From: Amoebidium appalachense
Lineage: Eukaryota > Protista > Ichthyosporea
DNA length: 64,000 bases
Reading direction: 5' to 3'
NCBI GenBank assembly: GCA_963693365.1
Contig: CAVNZM010000007.1
Span: forward strand, 496,001 to 560,000
The translations under genes and the position numbers were made by a program. Positions 1 through 12,587 of this stretch are shown one piece after another (the stretch's first letter is position 1; the number at the start of each line of letters is the position of its first letter). The notes beneath the pieces are model-generated. The model saw nothing but the letters and a program-made list of their open reading frames with translations, was not told the DNA's origin and ran no database searches.

Positions 1-47
1 ACAGAACGCATTATATTAGCAATATTATAGAAATACAAGATTTAAAT

Positions 48-604
48 TTTATGAAAAACTACTCCGGGACGTGTGTTGCCTCTAGGGGGACATCCCCTTG
101 GACGAAAGTGAACCTGCAATGGTTGTAAACCACGGCAAGCCCCCAGTCATCAATTTATTGATCCGTGAGGTCCATGTGCCCAAAAAACGGGGGAAGGCTT
201 CGCCCCGTGAAAAAACAGCACGTATGTGTGGATCAATGGGGGTTGTGTGTGGGTGTAGGTGGGTGGGTGAAAAGGAATATATAGCTGTAAGGTGTGGATG
301 CTAAACACAGAAGATGTGTTTGTAGCTTGCTGATCTGCTAAAAACTGTCGTGCTTATATACCTAAGCCTACCGATCTGAACCAATCAAAAATCGATCTAG
401 TGATATGTGAAATCTGATCCGAGCCAATCATAACTCGGTCTAGTGATTGTGGTATTGATGTTTTGACTGGCTAATAGGTGCCCGTGTGCGGGCAGCCAAC
501 CGCTAACTGCTAAAAAGAAATGAAGCCTACATGGTTATGTTGGTATCGAACACCCATCCTACGTGTTACCAGAAAAATATTATTAATAATTCCACAAATA
601 AACC
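48..604 (-). mobile_element. Solo A-spacer-B remnant of the Ngaro-type YR retrotransposon
   Basis: Matches 786-1357 (B, spacer, A) with small indels. It is not followed by B1 or the ORFs; unrelated AT-rich sequence follows ...ccacaaataaacc. Confidence 0.85.
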
Positions 605-785
605 AAGAAAAAAACCAATAAAATCGCGAGTGATAAGAATGATACATAAACAGAGGTGATAATACACTCCCAACACATTACAAATAGAATATGTAAGTAG
701 TCCAATCAAGAACATAAGCCATACGAAGATACCACCACCATAAAGATATAATGTTGATAATGCATATATATTATAAATATCACAC

Positions 786-874
786 TCTATGAAAACTACT
801 TCGGGACGTGTGTTGCCTCTAGGGGGACATCCCCTTGGACGAAAGTGAACCTGCAATGGTTGTAAACCACGGCA
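786..874 (-). repeat. Split direct repeat B2 (89 bp), copy 1
   Basis: Identical to 1358-1446 (tctatgaaaactacttcggg...aaaccacggca). Confidence 0.95.
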
Positions 875-1008
875 AGCCCCCAGTCATCAATTTATTGATC
901 CGTGAGGTCCATGTGCCCAAAAAACGGGGGAAGTCTTCACCCCGTGCGTGAAAAAACAGCACGTATGTGTGGATCAATGGGGGTTGTGTGTGGGTGTAGG
1001 TGGGTGGG

Positions 1009-1446
1009 TGAAAAGGAATATATAGCTGTAAGGCTGTGGATGCTAAACACAGAAGATGTGTTTGTAGCTTGCTGATCTGCTAAAAACTGTCGTGCTTATA
1101 TACCTAAGCCTACCGATCTGAGCCAATCAAAAATCGATCTAGTGATATGTGAAATTTGATCCGAGCCAATCATAACTCGGTCTAGTGATCTGTGGTATCT
1201 GATGTTTTGACTGGCTAATAGGTGCCCGTGTGCGGGCAGCCAACCGCTAACTGCTAAAACACGAAATGAAGCCTACATGGTTATGTTGGTATCGAACACC
1301 CATCCTACGTGTTTACCCAGAAAAATATTTATGTCAATAATTTCCACAAATAAAACCTCTATGAAAACTACTTCGGGACGTGTGTTGCCTCTAGGGGGAC
1401 ATCCCCTTGGACGAAAGTGAACCTGCAATGGTTGTAAACCACGGCA
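1009..1446 (-). repeat. Internal B1/A2 junction repeats (A2 1009-1357, B1 1358-1446), copy 1
   Basis: A2 (349 bp) matches 5902-6250 apart from one substitution seen. The junction aaataaaacc|tctatgaaaac reproduces the end-to-end join of the element termini. Confidence 0.95.
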
Positions 1447-1474
1447 CGAGAGCAGTATGCTTGCTCCAAAGGTT

Positions 1475-2506
1475 TCACTTAAGAATAGAGGCGAATACAC
1501 GTGTGGTGGTGGCAGCAATGGAGGCCGGACGAAGTCGAGTATAGATCAGGAAGCAGTCGGAGGACCACCGGCCGAGTTGTTTGATCCGGGAGTCGTCGAC
1601 CCCGGCCTCAGCCAGTGCTGTGGCCCCCCCGATGCGGAGGCTGTGTCCGGCAAACCGGGAGGGTGAGAGGCCTGCCCGGGAGAGGAGGGCACGGAAATCG
1701 GCAGAGAAAGCACTCTTGGTGTAGGGGATGCCACCGAGACTGAAGAGGGGGTCGTCGGGTTGACCGGACGTTGTAGCCAGGAACTGCCGGAGGAGATGGG
1801 CTGGGGAGAAGTGGGTGAGGGGCAGGGCAGCTAGGGTGACGTTGACACCTCGGGCCTGTACATCCGTCTTAGAGGTTGGCAGGTGGAGGGTGGCATGGGA
1901 CAAAGTCCCGGTGGGGGTGTAGCTGAAGGTCACGTCCTTCCGTTTAACGTGACGGGACGGGTCGAAAGAAGTCAGGGTCTTGGAGGTAAATTCCCCTGAA
2001 CGGAGGAGACCACAGAAACCGACGATGAGGGCCGTCCATAGCCGGAGATTGGCCGAGGAGGCCTTGGTGGGGCACTGGCCATGGAGTAGGCGGAGGTGGG
2101 AGGGGAGGAGGGGTTCCCTGGTGGATGAGCGGGGTCGGATGTTGTGAGAAAGCTGCCATCGGCCTACCCCCCGGAGGAACCAGGCCAGAGACTTGTCGTG
2201 GGGGTAGGGAGCAGGGAGGCCCATGTCGAGGTGGAGCCTGGTGATGGCCGAATTGTAGCCGGTTAAGGAAGAGGCCTGTACCCCTCGTTGGGCACACCAG
2301 GCGAGAAAAAGTTGCACGGTGTGTGGGGAGGCCGGGAGGGAGGACCCGGAGGAGGATTGCAGCCGAGATGCCACACAGAAATCGATGAACACTTTTTGCA
2401 CCCGGGAGTAAAAGGCCCGAGAGTCGAGGTTGAGACTCAGGGCCTGGCATTCCTGCAGGGTAGTGGTGGCTCGAAGCAGCTCGGCCGGAGCAAAGTGGGG
2501 GGCCAA
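1475..2506 (-). CDS. Tyrosine recombinase (phage-integrase family) of the retrotransposon
   Basis: Catalytic motifs LLRSGE (R), SKTD (K), GHSLRIGGAT (HxxR) and GRWSSDCFLIY (W, Y). The listed start is TTG, so the true 5' end is probably spliced. Confidence 0.95.
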   Translation of the reverse strand: MAPHFAPAELLRATTTLQECQALSLNLDSRAFYSRVQKVFIDFCVASRLQSSSGSSLPASPHTVQLFLAWCAQRGVQASSLTGYNSAITRLHLDMGLPAPYPHDKSLAWFLRGVGRWQLSHNIRPRSSTREPLLPSHLRLLHGQCPTKASSANLRLWTALIVGFCGLLRSGEFTSKTLTSFDPSRHVKRKDVTFSYTPTGTLSHATLHLPTSKTDVQARGVNVTLAALPLTHFSPAHLLRQFLATTSGQPDDPLFSLGGIPYTKSAFSADFRALLSRAGLSPSRFAGHSLRIGGATALAEAGVDDSRIKQLGRWSSDCFLIYTRLRPASIAATTTRVFASILK

Positions 2507-2521
2507 TCTGCCAGTGTTGCT

Positions 2522-2560
<39 letters not shown>

Positions 2561-2563
<3 letters not shown>

Positions 2564-4243
2564 GCCCAAGGGAAGGGATAGGAACTCGTGGACCCAGGAG
2601 GGGAAGGGGCAGGGCTCCGGTTGCAGGGAAGGTCGGAGTCGTCGGGCCCGGGGAAGTTGGTTACGAGAAATGGCATCGGCCAGATGGTTGAGGGGTCCTG
2701 GTAGGTAGGATGCCTGTAACGTAAATTGGTATTGCATTTCCATGCGGGTGATGAACCGAATAAGTTTGGCCATCACGGGGTGGGGGGAAGACCGGGAGTG
2801 CAGGTCAGACACAGCACCCGTGTTGTCGCATAAAATACGGACATGGTGGGTGGACCAGGAGGGGGCCCAGAGGGCCACGGCGGCTGCGATGGCCAGGAGT
2901 TCGATGACGGAAGAACCGAGTTTACCCTCATGAGCATAGAGGGCTTGGGTGGAGGGGGACCAGGGCATGAAGAACCATTGGTCGAGCCAGTGGCCACCTA
3001 GACCCACCGATCCGGCAGCATCAGTGGCCAGGGTGGTGTATGTGGGGGGTGTGATGAGGTGCACCCCATTCCATGATGTGAGGAACTGGTGCCATTCGGC
3101 TATGTCGGCCCGGGCGGCAGCAGTCAGTCGTATGTGGTGGTGGCCGGCAAGGTGTGGGTGGGTCCGGAGAAGGGCCCATAGGCGCTGGGAGAAGGCCCTC
3201 CCGGGGGGAACCAGCTGGGCACACCAGGTGAGTTTGCCGAGGAGGGACTGGAGGTCCCGAATGGTGATGGTGGGCTTTGGGTGGGAAGTGAGGTCGAGTA
3301 GGTCCGAGAGCTTGGAAGCCGGGATTCGTGCCTCCATGGCGATGGAGTCGAATTCGATACCGATGAAGACGACACGGGTAGCCGGGCCCTGCATCTTGTC
3401 TTCGGAGATGGCAATGTGCAGCTCTCGGCAGAGTTGCAGGAAGGTGGATAGGTGACGTTGGCACTGCTGTTGTGTGGGGGCGACTATAATCCAGTCGTCT
3501 ACGTAGTGGCGGATGAGGGTAATACCGTGCTGGTGTGCCAGCCACTGTAGGGTGGCCGCGATCCGTTCCCAGATGGCTGGGCTAGATTTCAGGCCGAAGG
3601 GCAGTCTGGTTTCAACGTAAAAATGCCCTTGCCATTTGAATGCCATTAAGTGGTGGTCTTCCGGTCGGATGGGCATGTGCCGGAAGGCAGCCTGCACATC
3701 TGCCACGGCCATGTAGCAGCCGGGGCCTGCGTCGAGAATGAGTTGGGTGACATCCCGGGCGCGAATGTACTGAAGTTCGTCGGGGTAGGTGATGCTGTCA
3801 TTGACACTGCTACCCCGGGGCCAGGAGAGGTGGTGGATTCGACGGTACTTGGGGGGGTTCCCTTTCTTGGTAACGGCGCCGATGGGGGAGGAACGGTGGA
3901 CGGGAAATTCGTCAAAGAATTGGGCCGGGGAGAGGGGGCCGCGCAGGTGGCCGAGGGCGACTTCTTTGGCAATATCCACCGTGATAGCGGCAGCTGCCTC
4001 CGGGGTGGTGGGTAGGTTGGGGCCCACCCGAGAGGTGGAGGGGCCGCGATAGCCGATGTCGACGCCGAATTCGACATCGTGGAGGAGTTGTGCGGCGAAT
4101 GGTTGGTCCGGGTAGGAGGCCAGCAGTTCCCGGAGGCGGGAGGTGTCAATGTGGTGCTGGGGCAGCGGGCGGGCCTCCGGGTCTGAGCCTCGGGGGAAGG
4201 GGTGGTTAGCCAGGGTGGTGTACCCTTGGGGAGATCCCGGCAG

Positions 4244-4306
<63 letters not shown>

Positions 4307-4402
4307 CAGGGCCCCGGGGGGGTTAGAGTAGGGCAGCTGGGCCCAAGTGAGGGTTGGCAGGGAGGGCAGCGGGGCCCTGTGCAGGGGAATGTGCCCGAGC
4401 AC
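2561..4402 (-). CDS. Reverse transcriptase / RNase H (DIRS/Ngaro pol)
   Basis: RT motifs YRRIHHLS, ADVQAAFRH, LPFGLKSSP, YVDD. RNase H motifs TDAAG, IELLAI, CDNTGAV, NHLADAISR. No ATG precedes the RT domain. Confidence 0.95.
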
Positions 4403-4701
4403 GCGGGGGTGTGGGCGGACACAGCGGTAGAAGAAGGGGGGGGGGAGGGAGTGCTAGGTGAGTGTAAGGGGGGGGGGAGGCTCGTGGGATGGGGGGGGGG
4501 GAGTAAAATTATGTGCAGTGGCCAGAATAAACGTCTTTGTATAGGGACATTTATTCTTGACGCGCGCGGGCGCCGTAGTTGGCCTGCGAAATTTTGTACT
4601 CAGCCCTATTGGCCCGTTCTCCCGAGCTCCGTTTCCCTGTACTCGTGTGTCCTAGCTCCTAACCCCTATGTTCTAGCTGTGTGTGTGGGTGTGCGCGTAG
4701 A

Positions 4702-5871
4702 CTAGGCATTGTGCTTGCAGTCTTTGCGGGGGTGTGTGCCAGAGCAGAGCGGGCACACGTGGGAGAAGGGGCAGGGCTGCTTAGCGCAGGACCGACCGTT
4801 AATGTGGAAATTCCTGCAGTGCGTCGCGGGTAGATCCACGGGTCGGGCCGGTTTTGCCGGGCCGGGTTGCGGGCCAGGGCGGTTAGGGGTGTGACCCCCG
4901 CCGGGCTTGTGGGGCGGCTTAAAGCCGTCAAGACCACAGCCGGGCTTGGGGTACATGGGGCAGGCCGCGCTGGGGTGGTCGGGGAAGCCACAGCGCTGAC
5001 ATGCGTCCTGGATGAGCAGAGTGGGTGGCAGGAGGAGATCCTGGTGGAGTTGGGCGAGCAGGTTGGGGCACTCGATCGGAGCCCGACCCTGCTGGTGGGC
5101 CACGGTGCGGGCGTATACGTCATAGTTGTGGATCTGGGCCCACGGGTATCGGGTGCTGAGGCGAGTGATGTGCTGAGTCCAAAGTACGTCTTTGTCCGTG
5201 GGAAGGCCGAGGTGGTGCTTGGCGGCCATGTAATGGGTCCAAGCTTGGATCCAAATGACGAGTGAACGCAGGGGAACGGGTTTGTCTTGGCGAAAAGTCT
5301 CGATGCTGCCGTCGTCGGCCATGCGCAGATGCTGACCTTTCTTGGATGGGGCCAGGAGGGCGGCGGGGGTGAACTTATACAGGTCGACGAAACGATTGGC
5401 GCGCAAATCTGCCAGCACATCCGCGGGGGGAAGCGGGAGTGTGCCCGGCTGAATGTCGCCAGTGTTCTCACCTGTGATGGGGGGCGCGGGCAGGGCAGGC
5501 AGGTCAAGGTCAGGGCCGAGATGCAGCCCCGGGGAAACCTCCCCGGGTGTGGAGGGGGCGGCGGGGGGCGCGGGGGGGTCGCGGTTGGTGAGAGCAGCCA
5601 GGACGCCAGCCATCTGGGTGCTGATGGCGGTGAGGGCGGCCAGGACGGCGTCTTGAGAAGTCATCTGCGGGGACGGCGGGGCCTGAGGGGGGACTTCAGG
5701 AGTGGAGGGGAGAGTAGCCGGCGGGTCCGGGTCCGTGGTGGTATGGGCCGCTGGAGGCGCGTCAGTGTCCGCGGGAGCGTTGGTCAGCCTGTGGCGGAGG
5801 TCGCTGCGGGTCAGGCGCTTAGGTGCCGCGGCAGGGGCGGCGGCTGAGGCCTGGCGCTTTTTCGGCGGCAT
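4702..5871 (-). CDS. Gag-like protein with zinc-finger motifs
   Basis: First ATG (MPPKKRQ) at 5871. CCHC knuckle CQRCGFPDHPSAAC and C-terminal CRNF...C...C...H-VCPLCSGTHPRKDC. First ORF after A1. Confidence 0.88.
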   Translation of the reverse strand: MPPKKRQASAAAPAAAPKRLTRSDLRHRLTNAPADTDAPPAAHTTTDPDPPATLPSTPEVPPQAPPSPQMTSQDAVLAALTAISTQMAGVLAALTNRDPPAPPAAPSTPGEVSPGLHLGPDLDLPALPAPPITGENTGDIQPGTLPLPPADVLADLRANRFVDLYKFTPAALLAPSKKGQHLRMADDGSIETFRQDKPVPLRSLVIWIQAWTHYMAAKHHLGLPTDKDVLWTQHITRLSTRYPWAQIHNYDVYARTVAHQQGRAPIECPNLLAQLHQDLLLPPTLLIQDACQRCGFPDHPSAACPMYPKPGCGLDGFKPPHKPGGGHTPNRPGPQPGPAKPARPVDLPATHCRNFHINGRSCAKQPCPFSHVCPLCSGTHPRKDCKHNA

Positions 5872-5901
5872 GCTGACCGGCGGAGGGAAAGATAGGGAGA
5901 A

Positions 5902-6250
5902 TGAAAAGGAATATATAGCTGTAAGGCTGTGGATGCTAAACACAGAAGATGTGTTTGTAGCTTGCTGATCTGCTAAAAACTGTCGTGCTTATATACCTAA
6001 GCCTACCGATCTGAGCCAATCAAAAATCGATCTAGTGATATGTGAAATCTGATCCGAGCCAATCATAACTCGGTCTAGTGATCTGTGGTATCTGATGTTT
6101 TGACTGGCTAATAGGTGCCCGTGTGCGGGCAGCCAACCGCTAACTGCTAAAACACGAAATGAAGCCTACATGGTTATGTTGGTATCGAACACCCATCCTA
6201 CGTGTTTACCCAGAAAAATATTTATGTCAATAATTTCCACAAATAAAACC
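5902..6250 (-). repeat. Split direct repeat A1 (349 bp), copy 1
   Basis: Direct repeat of 1009-1357, 13765-14113 and 18643-18991. Confidence 0.95.
5989..6063 (-). promoter_or_regulatory. Putative Pol II promoter inside repeat A (TATATAA plus two CCAAT boxes)
   Basis: Minus-strand TATATAA at 5995-5989, ~120 nt upstream of the gag ATG. Two gccaatca boxes (6016-6020, 6059-6063) lie in a duplicated ~43-bp unit. TATA and CCAAT cores are present in every A copy. Confidence 0.55.
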
Positions 6251-7237
6251 ACAAACCCCCCCCCCCCCCCTACCCCCCAGCCACCCCCCCCCCCCCTCCC
6301 CCCAGGTCCAAAAAAAAAAAAAACCCGCCACCGGCGGGGCACCAGCCGCCAGCAGCAAGGACGACCGGTACCCACCTCTAGAGGGCAAAAAAAGATCGAC
6401 AGAACAAACCTCAAACATAGTAAGGACGGAAACCCGGACCAGAACAAATCAGAGAAGCAGAAAAATGAACGGAGGGAAACAAAAGCAAAGTAGTGCCCAC
6501 AGTCGCCAACCAGCCACGGCCACGCCCCACCCCCCCCCCGCCCAGGCAGACAGACAGACCGCCCAGCACAAAGCAGCAACACAACCCCAACGCCCACCGC
6601 CCGGAAACCCCGAAAAACAGAAAGAAAATGCCCGAACCAGCCAGCAGGCCCCACCGCACGCACACACACCACCGAGAGAAAGACAGAATACACACCGACA
6701 GAGCACCAAAACACCCCCCAACAGGCCCCACCCCCCAGCGCGGGGAGGCGGCGCGGGGGGGCGGGCGGGAGCGGAGCGGGAGGGGGGACCGTAAGGCAAC
6801 GGACAAAAAATGCAAACCGGATTGGGTTTAGCCAATCACTATGCTATCAGAAGCGGATTCCCATGGTGTACAAAGGAGACGATCTCGGCGGACGGTAGGT
6901 GGCGAAGTGAAGACCCGCCCTTCCGCGACAAGAAACGTTAACGCTGTTTACTCGAGGCCTATCCCCGCTTTACGTAGAAAGGTCATGTGTGGGGGAAGAG
7001 GAACCCCAGACGTGTAGTACACCCGGCGGCCACAAAAACCCCCAAGGGCCCAATGCCCGTAAAAGTGTGAAAATATTCTATGTACTATCTATTACCAATA
7101 TACGTTACGTATTGGTACAATATCACCAATACTAATTAAATATCGTCACGCGTGATGGTGAAGGCATCCATGTAGCTCTGCAGCAGTGTGTGTGTGTGTG
7201 GTGCGTGTGTGTGTGGTGTGGAGAGGCGGCCTGGGGT

Positions 7238-7268
<31 letters not shown>

Positions 7269-7292
7269 GGGGGGGGGGAGGGCCCGGTGGGG

Positions 7293-7335
<43 letters not shown>

Positions 7336-7744
7336 TAGGCAAATACCAGACAGTGATGCATAATTGCACATTCTTTTGCAGCTACAGTTTGATGATATTT
7401 ACCCACCGTGTGCACCACACATGTGACCCCAGTCTTCCGAGGTGGTGTCACAGGTGGGCGCCAACACCAATAAATTGACTGGTGACGGGTGTACAACCAA
7501 AGAAACTCAGCAGCACATATAATAACGTTGATGCTATACCCTGCCTAGTTAACGTAATAATAAGTGCACCATCGCACGCGTGACCCCCTCCCCCCCCCCC
7601 CCCCCGGGGGGGGGGGGGGGGGTTTTGCCGCGCGGTACCCCTGATATTGTAGGTGTACACTGCCCCCACAACCCCAACTGTGTGCTGAATATCTCGTGCT
7701 AGGAAACCAATAACGCGAAACTAACACATGCCGCATGATATATG

Positions 7745-9916
7745 ATATATATGGTACAAGGGGGGTTTCAATCCGGGCTATAATGATGTGTTTTTTTCGT
7801 GTGACCCTCGTACTCCAGAGGCACATTCACCATCCCCCCCATAAACTTTGTGGTAAATTTCTCGTGCTAGAAGCTGTTCTGTGGGTAGTTATTGAAAAAA
7901 CCAATAATGTCTAGGTAACACATGTACATATACTATGCTACAAGGGGGGTTCTATACGAGCTACAACGTTGTGGTTTTTTCGTGTGCCCCTCGTACTCCA
8001 GGGGCACATTCACCATCCCCCCCATAAACTTTGTGGTAAATTTCTCGTGCTAGAAGCTGTTCTGTGGGTAGTTATTGAAAAAACCAATAATGTGTAAGTA
8101 ACACATGTACATATATTATGCTACAAGGGGGGTTCTATTCGAGCTAAAACGTTGTGTTTTTTTCGTGTGACCCTCGTACTCCAGGGGCACATTCACCATC
8201 CCCCCAATAAACGTTTTGGTATATTTCTCGTGCTAGAGGCTGTTCTGTGGGTAGTTATTGAAAAACCCAAAAATGTCTAGGTAACACATGGACATATACT
8301 ATGCTACAAGGGGGGTTCTATACGAGCTACAACGTTGTGTTTTTTTCGTGTGACCCTCGTACTCCAATGGCACATTCACCATCCCCCCCATAAACTGTGT
8401 GGTAAATTTCTCGTGCTAGAAGCTGTTCTGTGGGTAGTTATCGAAAAAACCAATAATGTCTAGGTAACACATGTACATATACTATGCTACAAGGGGGGTT
8501 CTATACGAGCTACAACGTTGTGTTTTTTTCGTGTGACCCTCGTACTCCAGGGGCACATTCACCATCCCCCCCATAAACTTTGTGGTAAATGTCTCGTGCT
8601 AGAAGCTGTTCTGTTGGTAGTTATTGAAAAAACCAATAATGTGTAAGTAACACATGTACACATATTATGCTACAAGGGGGGTTCTATTCGAGCTACAACG
8701 TTGTGTTTTTTTCGTGTGACCCTCGTACTCCAGGGGCACATTCACCATCCCCCCCATAAACTTTAAATTTCTCGTGCTAGAAGCTGTTCTTGTAGTATTG
8801 AAAAACCAATAATGTTATAACACATATTATGAGGTTCACGGCTACAATTGTTTTTTTCTGTGACCCTCGTACTCCAGGGGCACATTCACCATCCCCCATA
8901 AACTTTGTGGTAAATGTCTCGTGCTAGAAGCTGTTCTGTGGGTAGTTATCGAAAAAACCAATAATGTCTAGGTAACACATGTACATATACTATGCTACAA
9001 GGGGGTTCTATTCGAGCTACAACGTTGTGTTTTTTCCGTGTGACCCTCGTACTCCAGGGCACATCACCATCCCCCCATAAACGTTGGTAAATTTCTCGTG
9101 CTAGAGGCTGTTCTGTGGGTAGTTATTGAAAAACCCAAAATGTCTAGGTAACCAATAACTCCAGGTCTATACGAGCTACACGTTGTGTTTTGTGACCCTC
9201 GTACTCCAAGGGCACATTCCCATCCCCCCCATAAACTGTGGTACCGGCTAGAAGCTGTCGTGTATTATCGAAAACCTAATTGTATTCATATTTGCTAAAG
9301 GGGGCTATTCGAGAGTGTTTTGTGTGACCCGTACTCCAGGGGCCTTCACCATCCCCCCATAAATTGTGGTAAATGTCTCGTGCTAGAAGCTGCTCTGTGG
9401 GTAGTTATTGAAAAAACAATAATGTTAGGTACATTAATATATTATGCTACAAGGGGGTTCTATTCGAGCTACAACGTTGTGTTTTTTTCGTGTGACCTCG
9501 TACTCCAGGGCACATTCACTATCCCCCCATAAACTTTGTGGTAAATTTCTCGTGCGAGAGGCTGTTCTGTGGGTAGTTATTGAAAAAACCAATAATGTGC
9601 GGGGTCATTTTTGTTGCCTCGCAGGGCACATTACCTCCCAATTTGTAAATGTTGTGGGGAAACAAAATGTGTAAGTAACACATGTACATATACTATGCTA
9701 CAAGGGGGGTTCTATTCGAGCTACAACGTTGTGTTTTTTTCGTGTGGCCCTCGTACTCCAAGGGCACATTCACCATCTCCCCTTATAATTTGTGGTGAAT
9801 TTATCGTGCTAGAAGCTACTCTGTGGGTAGTTAGTGAAAAAAACCCGATGCTTATAAGTAACGCATGCACAAATTGTCATCATAGCATTACACTACCATA
9901 GTAGTTGGTCGACAAT
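7745..9916. repeat. Tandem array 1 of a ~183-bp unit (~12 units) with terminal tail
   Basis: Unit atactatgctacaagggggg...cacattcaccatcccccc...taacacatgtacat recurs at ~7929, 8112, 8296, 8479, 8662 and onward. Units at 8760-9440 are indel-rich. Confidence 0.95.
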
Positions 9917-10089
9917 AACGATATATTGGGAATGTGGACACCATATTGTAAACCAAAAAATAATAACACCATAATATACTACACATACCTAACAATGTAT
10001 TGTGAATGAATAAAATACTTGCTTACGTGCTGGTAACATACGAGAAACAAGGATTCTCTCGCTCTTTTTTTTCTTTCTTTTTTGTTTGT

Positions 10090-10092
10090 TTT

Positions 10093-10172
<80 letters not shown>

Positions 10173-10757
10173 CGTTTTGCAGATATATCGACTAGAGTCC
10201 CTCATCAGGGGACACATTCACAGTACTTTATTAAGATCGGCCTTCAAGGCCAAAAAAGCTCGATCTCGAGTAAGATTAGATAGCATTTTATGAGGCCGGC
10301 CAGGCCTTAAATACAAAAAGGAGAAAAAACAACACACAGCTAAACATAGATCTAATATTAGCTAAATCAATCGACACACTGGTACATTGCCTGGAGTAAA
10401 CAGCATCTATCCCACTGGTACATGTACTGTCATCATCCAACCAACACCCGTGTAGTACCTTTGTCAAGCGTTCCTACGATACTACATAAGAGAAGAGAGG
10501 GTTATATGTGTACGTGTGTACGTGTGTACGTGTGTGTGTATGTGTGTATGTGTGAGGGAGGGAGGGAGGGAGGGTTGGGAGGGAGGGAGGGAGGGAGGGG
10601 GGAGGGAGGGGGGAGGGAGGGAGAGAAAGAGAGAAAGAGAGAGAGTGTGCATGTCTGTATTGTGTGTGTGTGTGTGTGTGTGTGTTTGCGTGTGTGTGTG
10701 AGTGCATATGTGAGTGTGCATGTGCATGTGCATGTGCATGTGCATGTGCATGTGTGT

Positions 10758-10800
<43 letters not shown>

Positions 10801-11267
10801 AGGGAGGGAGGGAGGGAGGGAGGGAGGGAGGGAGGGAGGGAGGGAGGGAGGGACGGAGGGAGGGAGGGAGGGATGGTTGGGAGGGAGGGAGGGAGGGGGG
10901 AGGGAGGGAGGGAGGGAGGGAGAGAAAGAGAGAGAGACTGTGTGTGTGTGTGCATATCTGTATGTGTGTGTGTATGTGCGTGTTTGCGGTGTGTGTGTGT
11001 GTGCATGTGTGAGTGTACATGTGCATGTGTGTGTGTCTGTGTGTGCATATGTGCATGTGTGTGTGTGTGTGTGTGTATGCGTGTCTGTGTCTGATGTGTG
11101 GATGTCTGTGTATGTTGTGTGTGTGTGTATGTCTGTGTGTGTGTATGTGCTCAGTTGAAAGGGAAGGGGGGGAGAGGGGGGATGCACCGTGTGTGTGCAT
11201 GTGTGCACGTGTGTGTGTGTGTGCTCTGTGGAGAGGGAAGGGGAGGGGGAAATGCACCGTGTTGTGA

Positions 11268-11325
<58 letters not shown>

Positions 11326-11605
11326 TTGTGTGTTTGTTGTGTGTGAGTTGGGTGTGTGGTGTGTGTGTGTAGTGAGTCTGTCATGTGTGCATGTGCTCGG
11401 TGGAGAGGGAAGTTTTTTGTGTGTGTGTGTGTGTGTGTGTTTATTTTTTGAGGGGGGGGGGGGGCATGTGTGTGCGTGTGAGTGTGTGTGTGTGTGTGCT
11501 CTGTGGAGAGGGAAGGGGAGGAGAATGCGTGTGTGTGATATTGTGTGTTCTTGTATGTGTGTGTGTGTGTTTGTGTGTTTTGTGTTAGATTTGTAGTGTT
11601 TGGTT

Positions 11606-11647
<42 letters not shown>

Positions 11648-12505
11648 TTTTGGTGTGTGTGTGTGTCGGTGTGCATGTGCGTGCGTGTGTGTGAGTGATG
11701 TTTTTGGAGTGATGTTTTTGTGTGTGCGAGATGTGGATGCCTTGGTGAGAAGTTGTCGAACTTTGTTTTTTGTGTGTGTGTGTGTGTGTGTGTGTATCTG
11801 TGTCGTTTGTTTTTTTGGGGGGAGAGGGGTAGTAGGAGGACAAGAGGGGGGGGGGGGGGGGGGGAAAGAGACGAGAGAAGGGGTAGAATTTCAGACATGT
11901 GGAGGCTTGAGCAAAAGCAGGTAAGTCCATAATGGGTAAAACCGGCGCTGGAAGAGAGGGAGGGGGGGGGGGGGGGGGGGGGATAGTGTGCATTCGGGGT
12001 GGCAGCCAAAGAAGCAAAGCATCGCAAAGGACATTGGAATAGAGGGACACAGGACCAAAACAGGATCAATGGGAGAAGAGGGAAAAAAATTAATAGTTAT
12101 CGGGGAGGGATAAGAAGAAATACTGCAAGTAATCGAGGCGAACAGGTATGGGGGGAACCGGGCAGGAAGAAGGGGGGGGGGGGGGGGGGGGGGGAGGAAG
12201 GACGAGAGGGTGGGTCACAAGGACAGAGATTATTCAGTACAGACTAAGGCTTCAGTCGGGAAGGGAGGGGGGGGGGGGGGGGGGAGGGGAGAGGAGGGGG
12301 TGGGGGGGGGTCATAAAAGGACAAGGAAAGGAGGTGATTTCAGCAACCAGTCGAGGCTTGAACAAGAGTAGGTGAAGTTTGTAACGGTTAGCAAAACTGG
12401 TGCTAGAACGAGAGAGGAAACACACAGTGAAACGTAAAAGAGGGTAGAGAGTTGAGAGGAAGAAGGGGAAGTTTGTGTGTGTGCGTGTATGCATGGGTGG
12501 GTGGG

Positions 12506-12587
<82 letters not shown>

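Larger units (their letters stand above)
786..6250 (-). mobile_element. Ngaro-type tyrosine-recombinase retrotransposon, copy 1 (5465 bp)
   Basis: gag, RT/RNase H and YR ORFs. Split direct repeats A1 5902-6250, B1 1358-1446, A2 1009-1357, B2 786-874. No methyltransferase domain after RNase H and no target-site duplication. Confidence 0.93.

Noticed and set aside
4454-4465. ctcacctag as the pol splice acceptor
   Set aside because: It is phase 0 and does not fit the phase-1 gag donor. It would also leave the variable-length poly-C tract in coding sequence. The downstream CTAAC...AAG site fits better.
1944-5847. Long overlapping alternative-frame and antisense ORFs within the retrotransposon
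   Set aside because: Expected in GC-rich coding DNA, with no motifs. Some (e.g. 5287-5847) are broken in copy 2 while the main frames are kept.
6251-7070. C/A-rich stretch with several 100-180 aa ORFs right of copy 1
   Set aside because: No motifs and strongly biased composition; it looks like low-complexity or low-quality consensus sequence.
9598-9668. Odd insert in array 1 (and 20752-20825 in array 2) as CRISPR-like spacers
   Set aside because: Only one per array, and each still faintly resembles the unit it replaces, so they are more likely degenerate units or noisy base-calls. Units are otherwise head-to-tail without spacers, and no cas genes are present.
10474-12069. 531-aa ORF and many similar HT/CV/PPP/RE ORFs across the window
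   Set aside because: These are translations of (CA)n, (GA)n and poly-G/C tracts, which lack stop codons by construction.
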